Positions 1 through 9,806 of a stretch of 64,000 nt of DNA are shown piece after piece. The notes beneath the pieces were generated by a model. That model worked only from the letters and a program-made list of their open reading frames with translations, was not told the DNA's origin and did no database searches. The DNA comes from an uncultured Bacteroidales bacterium (GTDB taxonomy: Bacteria > Bacteroidota > Bacteroidia > Bacteroidales > VadinHA17). The stretch covers positions 23,892 to 87,891 of the forward strand of contig OW818650.1 in the NCBI GenBank assembly GCA_942492865.1, given 5' to 3'. Positions within the stretch are counted from its first letter, which is position 1, and each line of letters begins with the position of its first letter. A program made the position numbers and the translations under genes.

Positions 1-111
1 ATTTAATCCATTGCTATTTATTTTTTCAACAATTGCATCCTTTTCAATCTGCGCTGATATTGTTGTGGAAGCTAAAGAAATTAAAATCGTTACTAAGAAG
101 AATTTAACCAT
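1..111 (-). CDS. N-terminal part of a secreted hypothetical protein (partial, runs off the window)
   Basis: Reverse-strand ATG at 111-109 translates to MVKFFLVTILISLASTTISAQIEKD..., which looks like a signal peptide. The frame stays open to position 1. Absent from the ORF track because it is truncated. Confidence 0.35.
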   Translation of the reverse strand, partial: MVKFFLVTILISLASTTISAQIEKDAIVEKINSNGLN

Positions 112-226
112 ACTTTAGGTAGATTAGTGGATCCTGACCATTGCATCAAAAATTATGCCTATCTGAATACCAATGCTTTTTATCGATACCAAATTCGTAT
201 CACAATTGCAAGCATGAAATAAAACC

Positions 227-619
227 TAACGGCCCGGCAATAAAATTAGTAAACGTTACCCGACGCACCGACGGCCGGTGAGCACTGCACACTACTATGA
301 AGAAAATGTATCGAGGCCGGAGAAGGAGGGTACGGCGCGTGTTTTTGCAATCCAGGCAGAGAATTTAATTGAGTATTACGAGTGTCGCGGTACAAGATGT
401 GATGCGCGCCATATGTTGTCCACGGTTACAGCGTGGTCTAGGTGCACTGGTGCAGTGTCGCGGTACAAAGTTGATGCGCGCCAGTTGTTGTCCACGGTTA
501 CTGAGGTTTCTATGGGGCAGAGGCGGGAATCCGGGTTTATCACCAGCCAGTAGTTGTCCAACGTGCAGAGAATCAAAGCAAAAACCGTGACGAGTTTATT
601 AATTTTATTGTCCGTGTTA
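227..619 (+). repeat. Cassette-boundary element E1, type A (393 bp), giant attC-like structured repeat
   Basis: Starts cc-TAACGGCCCGGCAATAAAATTAGTAAACG and ends CGAGTTTATTAATTTTATTGTCCGTGTTA. Nearly identical to the copies at 7387, 10797, 12778 and 17622. Confidence 0.9.
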
Positions 620-640
620 TAAGCAGAGCTGTTTAGAAAT

Positions 641-1414
641 TTATCTATGGTTACTCTTATTTTTTAAGTCTGGATTGAAGTTTATCCCAATTCCCATGTT
701 CATCTTAGCATAAGGAATCACATTGTCACTATTACTGAGCTTAATAAGCCCTGTGAGTCCAAATTTATAGATGAATTTGACTTTTTCTTTCCCTGAGCGG
801 AAAAACCAGACTGGTTCTATCAAAATACTATTTTGAGTATTTCGCGGAAATGGTCCATTTTCAGAGGTATACTCATAATAATTATGATCTGTTAAACTTG
901 AGTGAAAGTATCCGGCTTTAATTGCAACACCATAATCCATTTGTCCGGGGCTAACTGCAATTCTGCCAAAATTCAATTGAGTAAAATATAATTGATAGTC
1001 ACCGTATAATCTCCTTATATAGCGAAGTGGATAATTGGACAGCCTATTTACCCAAGTGTTGCCGTATCCGTTACCAAAACCGGCGTACAATTCAAGGACA
1101 TTTCTATCTCTAAATTTTTTGTAAAATCCTGGAGCTATTTGAAAATAGTATCTGTTTTCAAGACCTATTGATCCAGATGTCTGAATGGCAATCTTATTAG
1201 TGAGTCCATAGGATATTGTCGCTTGAGCTGAAGGAAGAAGGCATATTCCTGCGTCAATTCGTAAATCATTTTTTTCATTTATTAATGGTATATCCACTAT
1301 CTGGGTATTATAGATAACACAACCAGGAACCAGTAAGAAGCTCAAAACGCAAATCAGAATTCGTATATAAATTACTAGAACTCTCATCTTGTATTGGAAT
1401 TTTTCTATGAACAA
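641..1414 (-). CDS. Hypothetical beta-rich lipoprotein/outer-membrane protein (cassette cargo)
   Basis: 257-aa ORF with an N-terminal hydrophobic segment ending LLVPGC (lipobox-like) and a Gly/Tyr-rich alternating pattern. The stop lies 21 nt from the E1 right end. Confidence 0.6.
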   Translation of the reverse strand: MFIEKFQYKMRVLVIYIRILICVLSFLLVPGCVIYNTQIVDIPLINEKNDLRIDAGICLLPSAQATISYGLTNKIAIQTSGSIGLENRYYFQIAPGFYKKFRDRNVLELYAGFGNGYGNTWVNRLSNYPLRYIRRLYGDYQLYFTQLNFGRIAVSPGQMDYGVAIKAGYFHSSLTDHNYYEYTSENGPFPRNTQNSILIEPVWFFRSGKEKVKFIYKFGLTGLIKLSNSDNVIPYAKMNMGIGINFNPDLKNKSNHR

Positions 1415-1443
1415 TTTAATACGGGCAGAATGCGCTTTGCTTA

Positions 1444-1841
1444 TAACGGCCCGGCGGTATAATTAGTAAACGTTGCGGAGTCGACTGGAGGCCGCGGCAG
1501 AATGTTTTTCGCTTGGAATTCGCATGTTTCAAAGGCCGTATAGGAGCGTAGCACGGCGCGTGTTTTTGCTGTCAGGCAGTATTTTAATTGAGGGTAATGA
1601 GTAGTCGCGGTACAAAGGCCGGATGCGTGCCAGTTGTTATCACCGGTTACAAAGTGATCTTGGTGCAGTGGTGCAGTGTCGCGGTACAAAGCTGAACCCG
1701 CGCCGGTTGTTATCCCCGGTTACTGACTTTCCTTTTGGGCAGTGGCGGGAGTCAGGGTTTATCAGCGTGCCAGTTGTTATCCAAGGTGCAGAAAAGCCCG
1801 CAAAAACCGTGACGAGTTTATTAATTATACCGTCCGTGTTA
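1444..1841 (+). repeat. Cassette-boundary element E2, type B (398 bp)
   Basis: TAACGGCCCGGCGGTATAATTAGTAAACG ... CGAGTTTATTAATTATACCGTCCGTGTTA. The terminal helix carries compensatory changes relative to type A. Same type as 3121-3514. Confidence 0.9.
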
Positions 1842-2224
1842 GGTTTTCGGCCTTGTTATTATTCCCCAGATTGAAGATTATCCAGGAAGAGAATGAAAAA
1901 AAGAACTTCTCCCCTTGCAGTATTTGTCCAGGTGTGATATGCTTTCGCCGGGTCAGTTACATTAGAACTATCCGGGTATAATGGCAATATCTCAGGCTTG
2001 TGTTTATGATTTCCTTTTCTCTCCTTGAGATGTATTGCTTACTTAAAGCTAAGAAATTATCCTGAGATTGAAATTTGAGATTATTCAATAGAGATATTTA
2101 ATCTATGGTTACAAGTATCTGTTTTTCTGCTTGTAAGAACTTATTCCACGTGGCCGCCGTTAGGTTTTCGGCCTGTTTTTTTTGTTCAGTGGCAGAATCT
2201 TTCCGGACGACTCAGGCTGAAACC

Positions 2225-2553
2225 TAACGGCCCGGCGGTATAATTGAGTAAACGGTGCTGCGCTACTGGAGGCCGGACAGATCAACCTCTCTCCTATCCT
2301 ACAATTTCTATGAGGCCGTAAGGAGCGAAGCACGGCGCGGTTTTTGCCGCCGTACTCTGCACTTTATTTGAGGTAGCGAGCTGATGCGGTACAATTAGGA
2401 TTGACGCGCCAGTTTTTTTCCCCAGTTACTGATAGCCGGTTATGTGCACTGGTGGGAACAAAGTGGCGTTATTCGCAATATCGGTTGTTTCTTTTGGTGC
2501 AGTAAGGAATTGCAAAAACCGTGACGAGTTTATTAATTATACCGTCCGTGTTA
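2225..2553 (+). repeat. Cassette-boundary element E3, type C (329 bp)
   Basis: Ends match type B (CGGTATAATT / AATTATACCG) but the interior is shorter and divergent. Near-identical to 4541-4868. Confidence 0.9.
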
Positions 2554-2565
2554 GCCTTAGTGTGT

Positions 2566-2874
2566 TTACAAAAGTCTCTTTAATGCAGTCTGTCTTAGCT
2601 TTTTAGCAGAATGATGGACTGTAAGAATGTGAACTATTTGAGTACTTGAAATTTTGTAGATTATCCTGTAATTTCCAAAGATTATCTCTCTGATTTTGTC
2701 TTTCCTGCTTTCCGGAACCATTCTCCCTATTCGGGGATTGATCTCAATATATTTTGTTACGTCAATAATCCGCTCAATTGTCAGAGATGCATATTTTACT
2801 GAATCTTTGGATATGTATTCAGCAATTGATTTTAAGTCAGTCAGTGATCGCTTAGTCCAGATTATTTTAACCAT
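2566..2874 (-). CDS. RelE/ParE-family type II toxin
   Basis: 102-aa ORF (MVKIIWTKRSLTDLKSIAEYI...GNYRIIYKI...ILTVHHSAKK), the typical ParE/RelE length and motif pattern. Overlaps the upstream antitoxin ORF by 13 nt. Confidence 0.8.
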   Translation of the reverse strand: MVKIIWTKRSLTDLKSIAEYISKDSVKYASLTIERIIDVTKYIEINPRIGRMVPESRKDKIREIIFGNYRIIYKISSTQIVHILTVHHSAKKLRQTALKRLL

Positions 2875-3044
2875 TTTTTGAGTTCTTGCTTAACCTGGGC
2901 AGTAGTGTATGTTTTCCCTTCCTCAATGTCCTTAAGCCCTTCCTCAATCTTATTTAATACAACCAATTCTTCAACAATCTGGTCAACTGTGAAATTATCC
3001 GGTAAACTGTCCAAGGTTTTCTTTACTTTATCTTTCGTTAACAT
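2862..3044 (-). CDS. Antitoxin partner of the RelE/ParE toxin
   Basis: 60-aa product from the internal ATG (MLTKDKVKKTLDSLPDNFTVDQIVEEL...). Small, acidic and overlapping the toxin start. The ORF-track start at 3110 would lie 10 nt from E4 and seems less likely. Confidence 0.65.
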   Translation of the reverse strand: MLTKDKVKKTLDSLPDNFTVDQIVEELVVLNKIEEGLKDIEEGKTYTTAQVKQELKKWLK

Positions 3045-3120
3045 AATTAACTCCGTTTCTGCAAATATATAAAAAAACAGTATGTTTTCCCGGTTAAATA
3101 GGGGCAGCATCCATTAAGGC

Positions 3121-3514
3121 TAACGGCCCGGCGGTATAATTAGTAAACGTTGCGGAGTCGACTGGAGGCCGCACCCGAGATGTTTTCGCTTGGAATTCGG
3201 ATGTTTCAAAGGCCGTATAGGAGCGTAGCACGGCGCGTGTTTTTGCTGTCAGGCAGTATTTTGATTGAGGGTACTGTGTAGTCGCGGTACAAAGCCGGAT
3301 GCGCGCCAGTTGTTATCCCCGGTTACAAAGTGATCTTGATGCAGTGGTGCAGTGTCGCGGTACAAGGCCAAACCCGCGCCGGTTGTTATCCACGGTTACT
3401 GACTTTTCTTTCGGGTAGAGGCGGGAGTCCGGGTTTATCAGCAACTACTTGTTTATCAAGGTGCAGGACCCCGCAAAAACCGTGACGAGTTTATTAATTA
3501 TACCGTCCGTGTTA
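3121..3514 (+). repeat. Cassette-boundary element E4, type B (394 bp)
   Basis: Same termini and interior as E2. Confidence 0.9.
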
Positions 3515-3525
3515 GCTTTAGGTAT

Positions 3526-4044
3526 TTAGTTTTTCTTGATTGTAACATGCTTATATTGAGCAACTACTCGCTGTAGCTCAATCAAATTTGGTTGATCAGG
3601 AATATAAAATTCGAATTTTCGTGTAGCAATGTCTGTCTGAATGGAAATGAAATTATTTATTCCGCTTCTATAACTTATGTCATATAATCCATGAGGAGTA
3701 GTTGATTTGTTGATCCCTTCATACCCGCGCAATCCAAGTTGTATGCTCTTAATGTCTTCAATTTTAATTATTTCTTTTCTCTGCATTAGTTCAACTTCAA
3801 TATGTTCTTTTGAAAATGAAATACTGCCAATAATACTTTTAAACTTAAATGAATAGCTCAAAATGAACAGACTTGTTATAAATGAAATGGCAACAATACC
3901 AATTAATATTGTTTTTATCGAATCATTCATTGAGTCAGGAATTAACCCAATAATGACCAAAAGTATTATACCAAACATTACTCCAAAAATGGCAAGATTC
4001 TTAATTGGTCTTCTCTTTTTGTCTATAAGTTCAAAGGTAAGCAT
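3526..4044 (-). CDS. Hypothetical membrane protein (cassette cargo)
   Basis: 172-aa ORF with two clear hydrophobic helices near the N-terminus. The stop lies 11 nt from the E4 right end. Confidence 0.6.
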   Translation of the reverse strand: MLTFELIDKKRRPIKNLAIFGVMFGIILLVIIGLIPDSMNDSIKTILIGIVAISFITSLFILSYSFKFKSIIGSISFSKEHIEVELMQRKEIIKIEDIKSIQLGLRGYEGINKSTTPHGLYDISYRSGINNFISIQTDIATRKFEFYIPDQPNLIELQRVVAQYKHVTIKKN

Positions 4045-4096
4045 AGTATATTAAATGGCACCGACTTAAAGCTAACTCGCTTTTAGCTTTATTTTA

Positions 4097-4465
4097 TTAT
4101 TTATTACTTTTAATAAAAGTACCTGAATTATCCCCAAATCCAAATGTTGGATACATGTTACTTAGAGTCACCAAATTATGTTCAGCTTCTATTCTATGTT
4201 CGGTCTCCCCTGGAAAATCTGGTAGTCGAACATATAGTATGTTTGCATCAATTCTATACAAGTACTCTTCGTTAACAATGTAACCTCTTCTAATAAAATG
4301 TGAAGAGTCAACAAATTCTAGAGTATCTCGATCATCTGGAGTTATCCATTGACCAATCCTATATTCATCATTATAGAAATTAGGACTGTCCCCATTTCTT
4401 TTATTACAAGAATTCGCAAAAATTAATAGGGAAAAGCATAATAAGAATTTTAAAATCGTTTTCAT
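4097..4465 (-). CDS. Hypothetical lipoprotein (cassette cargo)
   Basis: 122-aa ORF with a signal peptide ending LIFANSC (lipobox). Confidence 0.6.
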   Translation of the reverse strand: MKTILKFLLCFSLLIFANSCNKRNGDSPNFYNDEYRIGQWITPDDRDTLEFVDSSHFIRRGYIVNEEYLYRIDANILYVRLPDFPGETEHRIEAEHNLVTLSNMYPTFGFGDNSGTFIKSNK

Positions 4466-4540
4466 AGAGATGGATAATATGTTATAGATTCACAAAATAA
4501 AAGGGATAGATCTTTATATCGAGCAGGATGTACTTAAAGC

Positions 4541-4868
4541 TAACGGCCCGGCGGTATAATTTAGTAAACGTTGCTGAGCTACGGAAGGCCGGACAGAACA
4601 ACCTCTCTCCTATCCTACAATCTCTGTGAGGCCGTAAGGAGCGAAGCACGGCGCGGTTTTTGCCGCCGTACTCTGCATTAAATTTGAGGTAGTGAGCTGA
4701 TGCGGTACAATTATGATTGACGTGCCAGTTTTTTTCCCCAGTTACTGAAAGCAGGTTATGAGCACTGGAGGGAACAAAGTGGCTTTAATCGCAGTATCGG
4801 TATTTTCTTTTGGTGCAGTAGGATAAGCAAAAACCGTGACGAGTTTATTAATTATACCGTCCGTGTTA
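4541..4868 (+). repeat. Cassette-boundary element E5, type C (328 bp)
   Basis: Near-identical to E3. Confidence 0.9.
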
Positions 4869-5011
4869 GTGTGCCGTGCCATTTTGAAACTTGGAGCTTA
4901 TACAATGTTGTTTAAAAAACGTGAATTATTGTTTAGGCAGAAATAAAAGTCCCGGTTTAAGGCAGAAAATAATTATCGTTGTATTGGCCTTTGCATCAAG
5001 CGCATGGCCAC

Positions 5012-5283
5012 TAACGGCTCGGTGGTTGCGGTAGTAAGCGTTGGTGGCGCCGTCCGCCGTTGCGTGTCCCGGTACTTTAGGTCGGATTAGTCCCGGCGGG
5101 CAAGCCACCATGGCGCAATTTTTGCCAGTCCCGGCGAACGATAAAGTTGTCACGATAAACGGATTTGTCCAGAGCCGGAAGAAACGGAATTGGTAGATAA
5201 GTGAAAAGTTATTCGTCACGAAAAAATTGTCAAGGTAGTGAGCAAAAATTGTGACAAGCTTATTACCTCAACCATCCGGGTTA
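5012..5283 (+). repeat. Cassette-boundary element E6, type D (272 bp)
   Basis: TAACGGCTCGGTGGTTGCGGTAGTAAGC ... GCTTATTACCTCAACCATCCGGGTTA. Same architecture: terminal helix plus an inner CAATTTTTGC/GCAAAAATTG helix. Interior differs, with TTGTCAC-type motifs. Confidence 0.75.
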
Positions 5284-5512
5284 TGGTTAGTTCTAAAATT
5301 AAAACTGTCAAGATATTACGAATTTGTCATGGTAAAGAAATTTGTCTTGGTTCCAAATCCCGGTGAAAGAGCAGGAGTGGTCCAGTTTTACGAATTTGTC
5401 ACAAGTATGAATCCCTGTGGCAATGGTCCCGGTCCCGGATATACGGCGGGAATTGTCAAATATTGGATTTTACCCATAATGTCATAGATAACAAATGGAT
5501 GTTTTTTGGTCA

Positions 5513-6118
5513 TTATAGTTTAAAATTTATCCCAGTGGATACAATGATAAACTTACTATTAACATTTTCTGTTAGATAATATGTAAATCCAGGTTGTATG
5601 AAGATGCTGATGTCTTGATTTATTGAATAAACTAAATCTATTTTTGTATTTACCCCCAAGCCAAAAAAGTTATAATTGTCTTTATGTTGCAAATCAAGAA
5701 GATCGTTCGAAACAAGGTATCTATTAAATTCATAGTGGCTGGTAAAATAGGAGGGGAGTAGACTGCCCCCAATTCTTATTTCAAATCTGTCATTAATTAT
5801 TGGATATGATAATCCAAGATTAAGGACATAAACTGATTCTTTGAAAACTTCTTCTGTTCGATATGTAGCAGGTGTAATCTGATTATAATAGTCATGCGAA
5901 TGATGGGAGTATTCAAGACCTGCCGTAAGAATATACTTTTTTGAGAAATGCTTTGAAATGGAACTTCCAAATCCAATTGGGTAATGCTGTTTCGCTAGAT
6001 CAAATTTGTATCCATATTTATAGAACACGGAGATACTTATGTCATCTTGGGCAACGATCCTGTTTGCTAGAAGTAATGCACACAGAAATAAGAGAAATTT
6101 TTGTAGAATAGTTTTCAT
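5513..6118 (-). CDS. Outer-membrane beta-barrel-like hypothetical protein
   Basis: 201-aa ORF with a signal peptide (LLANRIVAQ) and an alternating aromatic/Gly beta-strand pattern. Confidence 0.55.
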   Translation of the reverse strand: MKTILQKFLLFLCALLLANRIVAQDDISISVFYKYGYKFDLAKQHYPIGFGSSISKHFSKKYILTAGLEYSHHSHDYYNQITPATYRTEEVFKESVYVLNLGLSYPIINDRFEIRIGGSLLPSYFTSHYEFNRYLVSNDLLDLQHKDNYNFFGLGVNTKIDLVYSINQDISIFIQPGFTYYLTENVNSKFIIVSTGINFKL

Positions 6119-6301
6119 TATGCTGTGATTTGATGTTAATCATTCTATTTTGTCGATAAAATGGTTGCTAACATTCTATTAATGGCAATAGTCAAAGTTA
6201 CAAAACATTTTGAATCCCGATTGTAGATTTAGATTCTCAAAATATTGCAAGTCCAGCAGACGTATTCCAATAGACTCGACATTGAGGAAATTTGTTATGC
6301 T

Positions 6302-6934
6302 TTAAAATTTATAAATTGCTCCAATTGTGATTGCATTCAAAGAAACAATGTTGCTTAGTCCAGCCCCAAAGTTAAAATTTGATCTTTTATCTGTAAAATC
6401 ATCTTCTTTGGATGTGCTATGACTATAACCAACACTTAATATATTGAGTGATGTTTCTATAGATAATTTCTCTGAAATATCATATGCCAATCCCGGGAAA
6501 ATACTTAAATACGTACTTGTTGTTTTAGGACCATCATTTATGGTTCCTCCTCTTTTAACACTTGATTTTGAGAATTCTAATCCAATATTTCCCTGACCAT
6601 AGATTGAGAACTTATTCCATTTAACTGCGTAATATCGCAAAAAAGGACTTACCCCGATACCGGAAGATTTGGATATGGTTTCATTATTACCATCTGTTTT
6701 GTTATAAGAAAGAGAATAATCTAATGCCAACCCTATAGCCAGCTTTTCAGATAGAAATTTGCCGACATTTGGCCTAAGGTTAAGATTATAACCAAACGAT
6801 TTTTGAGCAGGCATTCCCTGGAGATTATTGTTAGAGGTATTAAAACCAGCATTTCCTCCCACAAATACCTGAGCACTAGTATTGATGAAAACAAAAGAGC
6901 AAATAGCGATCAAAAAAACTTTACAGGATTTCAT
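6302..6934 (-). CDS. Outer-membrane beta-barrel (porin-family-like) protein
   Basis: 210-aa ORF with a signal peptide (FINTSAQ), beta-strand periodicity and a C-terminal ...GAIYKF typical of OMP barrels. Confidence 0.6.
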   Translation of the reverse strand: MKSCKVFLIAICSFVFINTSAQVFVGGNAGFNTSNNNLQGMPAQKSFGYNLNLRPNVGKFLSEKLAIGLALDYSLSYNKTDGNNETISKSSGIGVSPFLRYYAVKWNKFSIYGQGNIGLEFSKSSVKRGGTINDGPKTTSTYLSIFPGLAYDISEKLSIETSLNILSVGYSHSTSKEDDFTDKRSNFNFGAGLSNIVSLNAITIGAIYKF

Positions 6935-7127
6935 AAATATTATTTTTTGAATTATGCCTACTCTTTGGTTTTTCGGCCTCCACCAGTTGGTAATAAATAA
7001 GTTTTAGTGTTAATTACTTCACAGCAAAAATCAAACCAATCTTTTTTCTTAGGAATACCATAAAATCGACCTAAAGAACGTGCAGGAATAAGCTAGATAT
7101 AAGATATTTGTAATAGTTAACATCCCG

Positions 7128-7336
7128 GTAGATTAGCAGGTTTTGACTCTCTGTGAGAAATTTGTCACGTTAATAATCCCGGCAGATGGGCAGAAGTAGT
7201 CCAGATTTACGAATTTGTCACGGTTACCAATCCCGGCAAAAGGGCAGGAGTAGTCCAGTTTTACGAATTCGTCACAAGTTACCAATCCCGGTGGCGAAGC
7301 AGGATTTGTCACTATTTATGAACCTTGCTTGAGTTA
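7128..7336 (+). repeat. Degenerate type-D element (E6b) built from about 54-bp iterated units
   Basis: Begins gTTAACATCCCGG and ends GAGTTA followed by the same flank as E6 (TGGTTAGTTCT). The interior holds 3-4 units of AATCCCGG-N-GTAGTCCAG-TTTACGAATTTGTCAC. Confidence 0.5.
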
Positions 7337-7386
7337 TGGTTAGTTCTGAAAGAATTGGCAACTATCACGAAACTAAAGAATTAACC

Positions 7387-7781
7387 ATAACGGCCCGGCA
7401 ATAAAATTAGTAAACGTTACCCGACGCACCGACGGCCGGTGAGCACTACAGCCTACTATGAAGAAAATGTATCGAGGCCGGAGAAGGAGGGTACGGCGCG
7501 TGTTTTTGCTGTCCATGTAGAGAATTTAATTGAGTATTACGAGTGTCGCGGTACAAGATGTGATGCGCGCCATATGTTGTCCCCGGTTACAGAGGTGATC
7601 TAGGTGCACTGGTGCAGTGTCGCGGTACAATGCCAAATCGGCGCCAGTTGTTGTCCCCGGTTACTGACGTTTCTACGGGCAGGGCGGGAATCCGGGTTTA
7701 CCACCATACCAGTTGTTGTCCAACGTGCAGAGAATCAATGCAAAAACCGTGACGAGTTTATTAATTTTATTGTCCGTGTTA
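7387..7781 (+). repeat. Cassette-boundary element E7, type A (395 bp)
   Basis: Same termini and interior as E1. Confidence 0.9.
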
Positions 7782-7792
7782 GCAACAGGCTT

Positions 7793-8833
7793 TTATTTTC
7801 TCTTCTTTTTATTTTTAATTCTATTGGATTCGATTTGAACTTTTGTTATACTATGCATCTCCACAGAAACACATTCAATTTTTTCTTGCTCAAATAATAC
7901 TATATTCTTACCTCCTTTATGAAGAGAACTATTAAAGATTATCCCTTCTGCTCCAGTTATATATCTGATGAATTCACAGATAAATTGGGTTGGTATATAC
8001 TCCAATTCTGAATCATATCTTCGTATTGGTTTTGAAAGGTCCAAACTTATCTTCTTCTTTAATAGCATACTTTTAGTGTATTCCACCAAATTTCCGATAT
8101 TTAAAAATGAGCTTATGTCTTCGGTAAAGTCAACTATAATAATTTTTTCTCCATGTTTAATTTTAAAAATCCCAATACTAATATCGTCAAGATATGTGGC
8201 TCGAGTTTCATATAGAGTTGTATCAACAGACTTACTTAAATATAAATATGGTATTCCAAGAGGATTAGCTCTACCGCTCTTTGTTTCATAATTTTTAGGA
8301 CACCCCATATTGGTTTTGGTGAAAGGTGATTTTTCTCCTTTAAAATGGATCCTGGCTCGATATAATTCCTGCCTTGGAGAAAGTTCAATAGTTCTATTAA
8401 AAAAACTATCCCATCTTAACTCGATTAGTCTATCAATATCGTTTAGGTACCGAAATTTCCATTTTAAATTCTCTTTTAGAATGTCCCAATATGAAACACA
8501 TTCAAAAATTTCATCAATGTAGGATACCGAATCTGAAGAACTCGTTATTGGCTTATCAACCCTTGATAATATCTCTTCGAGTATGTTTTTGCAATTTGTC
8601 TCTGACGAGAAAAGATTCCAATCATCTTGGATTACTTTGCATATTGGTTGGCCAGAAAGATCCTTTTTGAAAATGTTAATTAACTCTGAGAAAAAATCTA
8701 ATAATTCAGTAATATCTAAAACACTAGTTTCAATACTTTTAGAACAAAAATCACAGTGGTCTTTTACTTTTGAATTTATTATAATGAATTGCTTAATTTC
8801 AACATCGTTGAAGCAATTAGCACAGATGTTCAT
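7793..8833 (-). CDS. RES-domain protein with N-terminal CxxC...CxxC zinc ribbon (putative NAD-targeting toxin/effector)
   Basis: 346 aa. N-terminus MNICANCF...HCDFCSK. Candidate RES signature residues: SGRANPLGIPYLYLS (R), TLYETRA (E), IIFNSSLHKGGKNIVLF (S). Confidence 0.7.
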   Translation of the reverse strand: MNICANCFNDVEIKQFIIINSKVKDHCDFCSKSIETSVLDITELLDFFSELINIFKKDLSGQPICKVIQDDWNLFSSETNCKNILEEILSRVDKPITSSSDSVSYIDEIFECVSYWDILKENLKWKFRYLNDIDRLIELRWDSFFNRTIELSPRQELYRARIHFKGEKSPFTKTNMGCPKNYETKSGRANPLGIPYLYLSKSVDTTLYETRATYLDDISIGIFKIKHGEKIIIVDFTEDISSFLNIGNLVEYTKSMLLKKKISLDLSKPIRRYDSELEYIPTQFICEFIRYITGAEGIIFNSSLHKGGKNIVLFEQEKIECVSVEMHSITKVQIESNRIKNKKKRK

Positions 8834-8844
8834 AATCCTAAGAG

Positions 8845-9789
8845 TTATAAAATGCTATTCACTAATTCCAGATGATTCTTAATGGATATTTTTTTGACCA
8901 TTCCTAGACCGGGATATGTTCCTTTACCATTATTGTAGTAGCATCGTAACTCTTCAGATGCATTAGTATGAATATTTTCAGAATCAAGAAACCTTACCGC
9001 CTTTTTTGCCGCCTCGGCAAACTTTCCTTGAATATTTTCCCTACCTAAGTTAGTTTCTGATACAAAATGTCTTACCCAAATAATATCATCGTCCTTTTGA
9101 TATGTAATATGTATGGCAACAGCATATGGAAGTGCGCCACCTTCTTTAAATTCGTTTTCAAGAACGGTATAATCTGAAAAACCATAATATCCATCCTCTG
9201 TGTAGAACAAATGCTCTTCTGTAAATTTTTCTTCGGAAATATTGAGATAATCTTTATTTTGCTTTTGTGCATTAAAACTATCATCTATTCTAATTAATTT
9301 TTTCTCAGTCTTATGTAAAAATCTTCTAAGTGTTCGATTCTCCTTAGACACTATATATTTTACTTGATCACATAATATTAAACTCTGAAAGTTCGGATCA
9401 CTTGTATTTGTACTTTCTGAACAAACTATCATTACAGAATTATAGTTTTGATTTGATATATGTTTCTCCAGTTCTTTATAGCCAGTTGTAACTATAAATG
9501 CAGGTATCCATCTTTTATCATCAATAAGAACATTTTTTAATTCTCTAAGAATCATTTTCTCTTTTTCTAGATCGGATAAACTCTTAATCTCTCCAACTTT
9601 GGGGTTGAGAATTAGAACTGGAGTTATATTTGAATCAAGGATTTTTGTTAATGCAAGCTTTAAACTATTAAAAGTTTCTTTAACAGGTTCTATAATTGGA
9701 ATAATATGATTATCGGATCCGAATTGCTCTGCATATTCTCGTAAAGCGATTAATTCAAATTGTCTACCTCTTAAATAGGGAAAGTACAT
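8845..9789 (-). CDS. sce7725-family-like protein
   Basis: 314 aa starting MYFPYLRGRQFELIALRE. From memory this matches the characteristic N-terminus of the sce7725 family, which is normally paired with sce7726. Needs HMM confirmation. Confidence 0.55.
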   Translation of the reverse strand: MYFPYLRGRQFELIALREYAEQFGSDNHIIPIIEPVKETFNSLKLALTKILDSNITPVLILNPKVGEIKSLSDLEKEKMILRELKNVLIDDKRWIPAFIVTTGYKELEKHISNQNYNSVMIVCSESTNTSDPNFQSLILCDQVKYIVSKENRTLRRFLHKTEKKLIRIDDSFNAQKQNKDYLNISEEKFTEEHLFYTEDGYYGFSDYTVLENEFKEGGALPYAVAIHITYQKDDDIIWVRHFVSETNLGRENIQGKFAEAAKKAVRFLDSENIHTNASEELRCYYNNGKGTYPGLGMVKKISIKNHLELVNSIL

Positions 9790-9806
9790 TATATTATGTT
9801 TTACAA

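Noticed and set aside
278-590. ORF-track ORFs lying inside the repeat elements. Examples: 278-553, 369-590, 1441-1874, 10686-11222, 12727-13202, 17763-18034, 4926-5219, 20006-20328.
   Set aside because: They occur on both strands and in several frames of the same conserved DNA. They change frame between copies because of indels and have low-complexity Arg/Cys-rich translations. Conservation is at the nucleotide and structure level, not the protein level.
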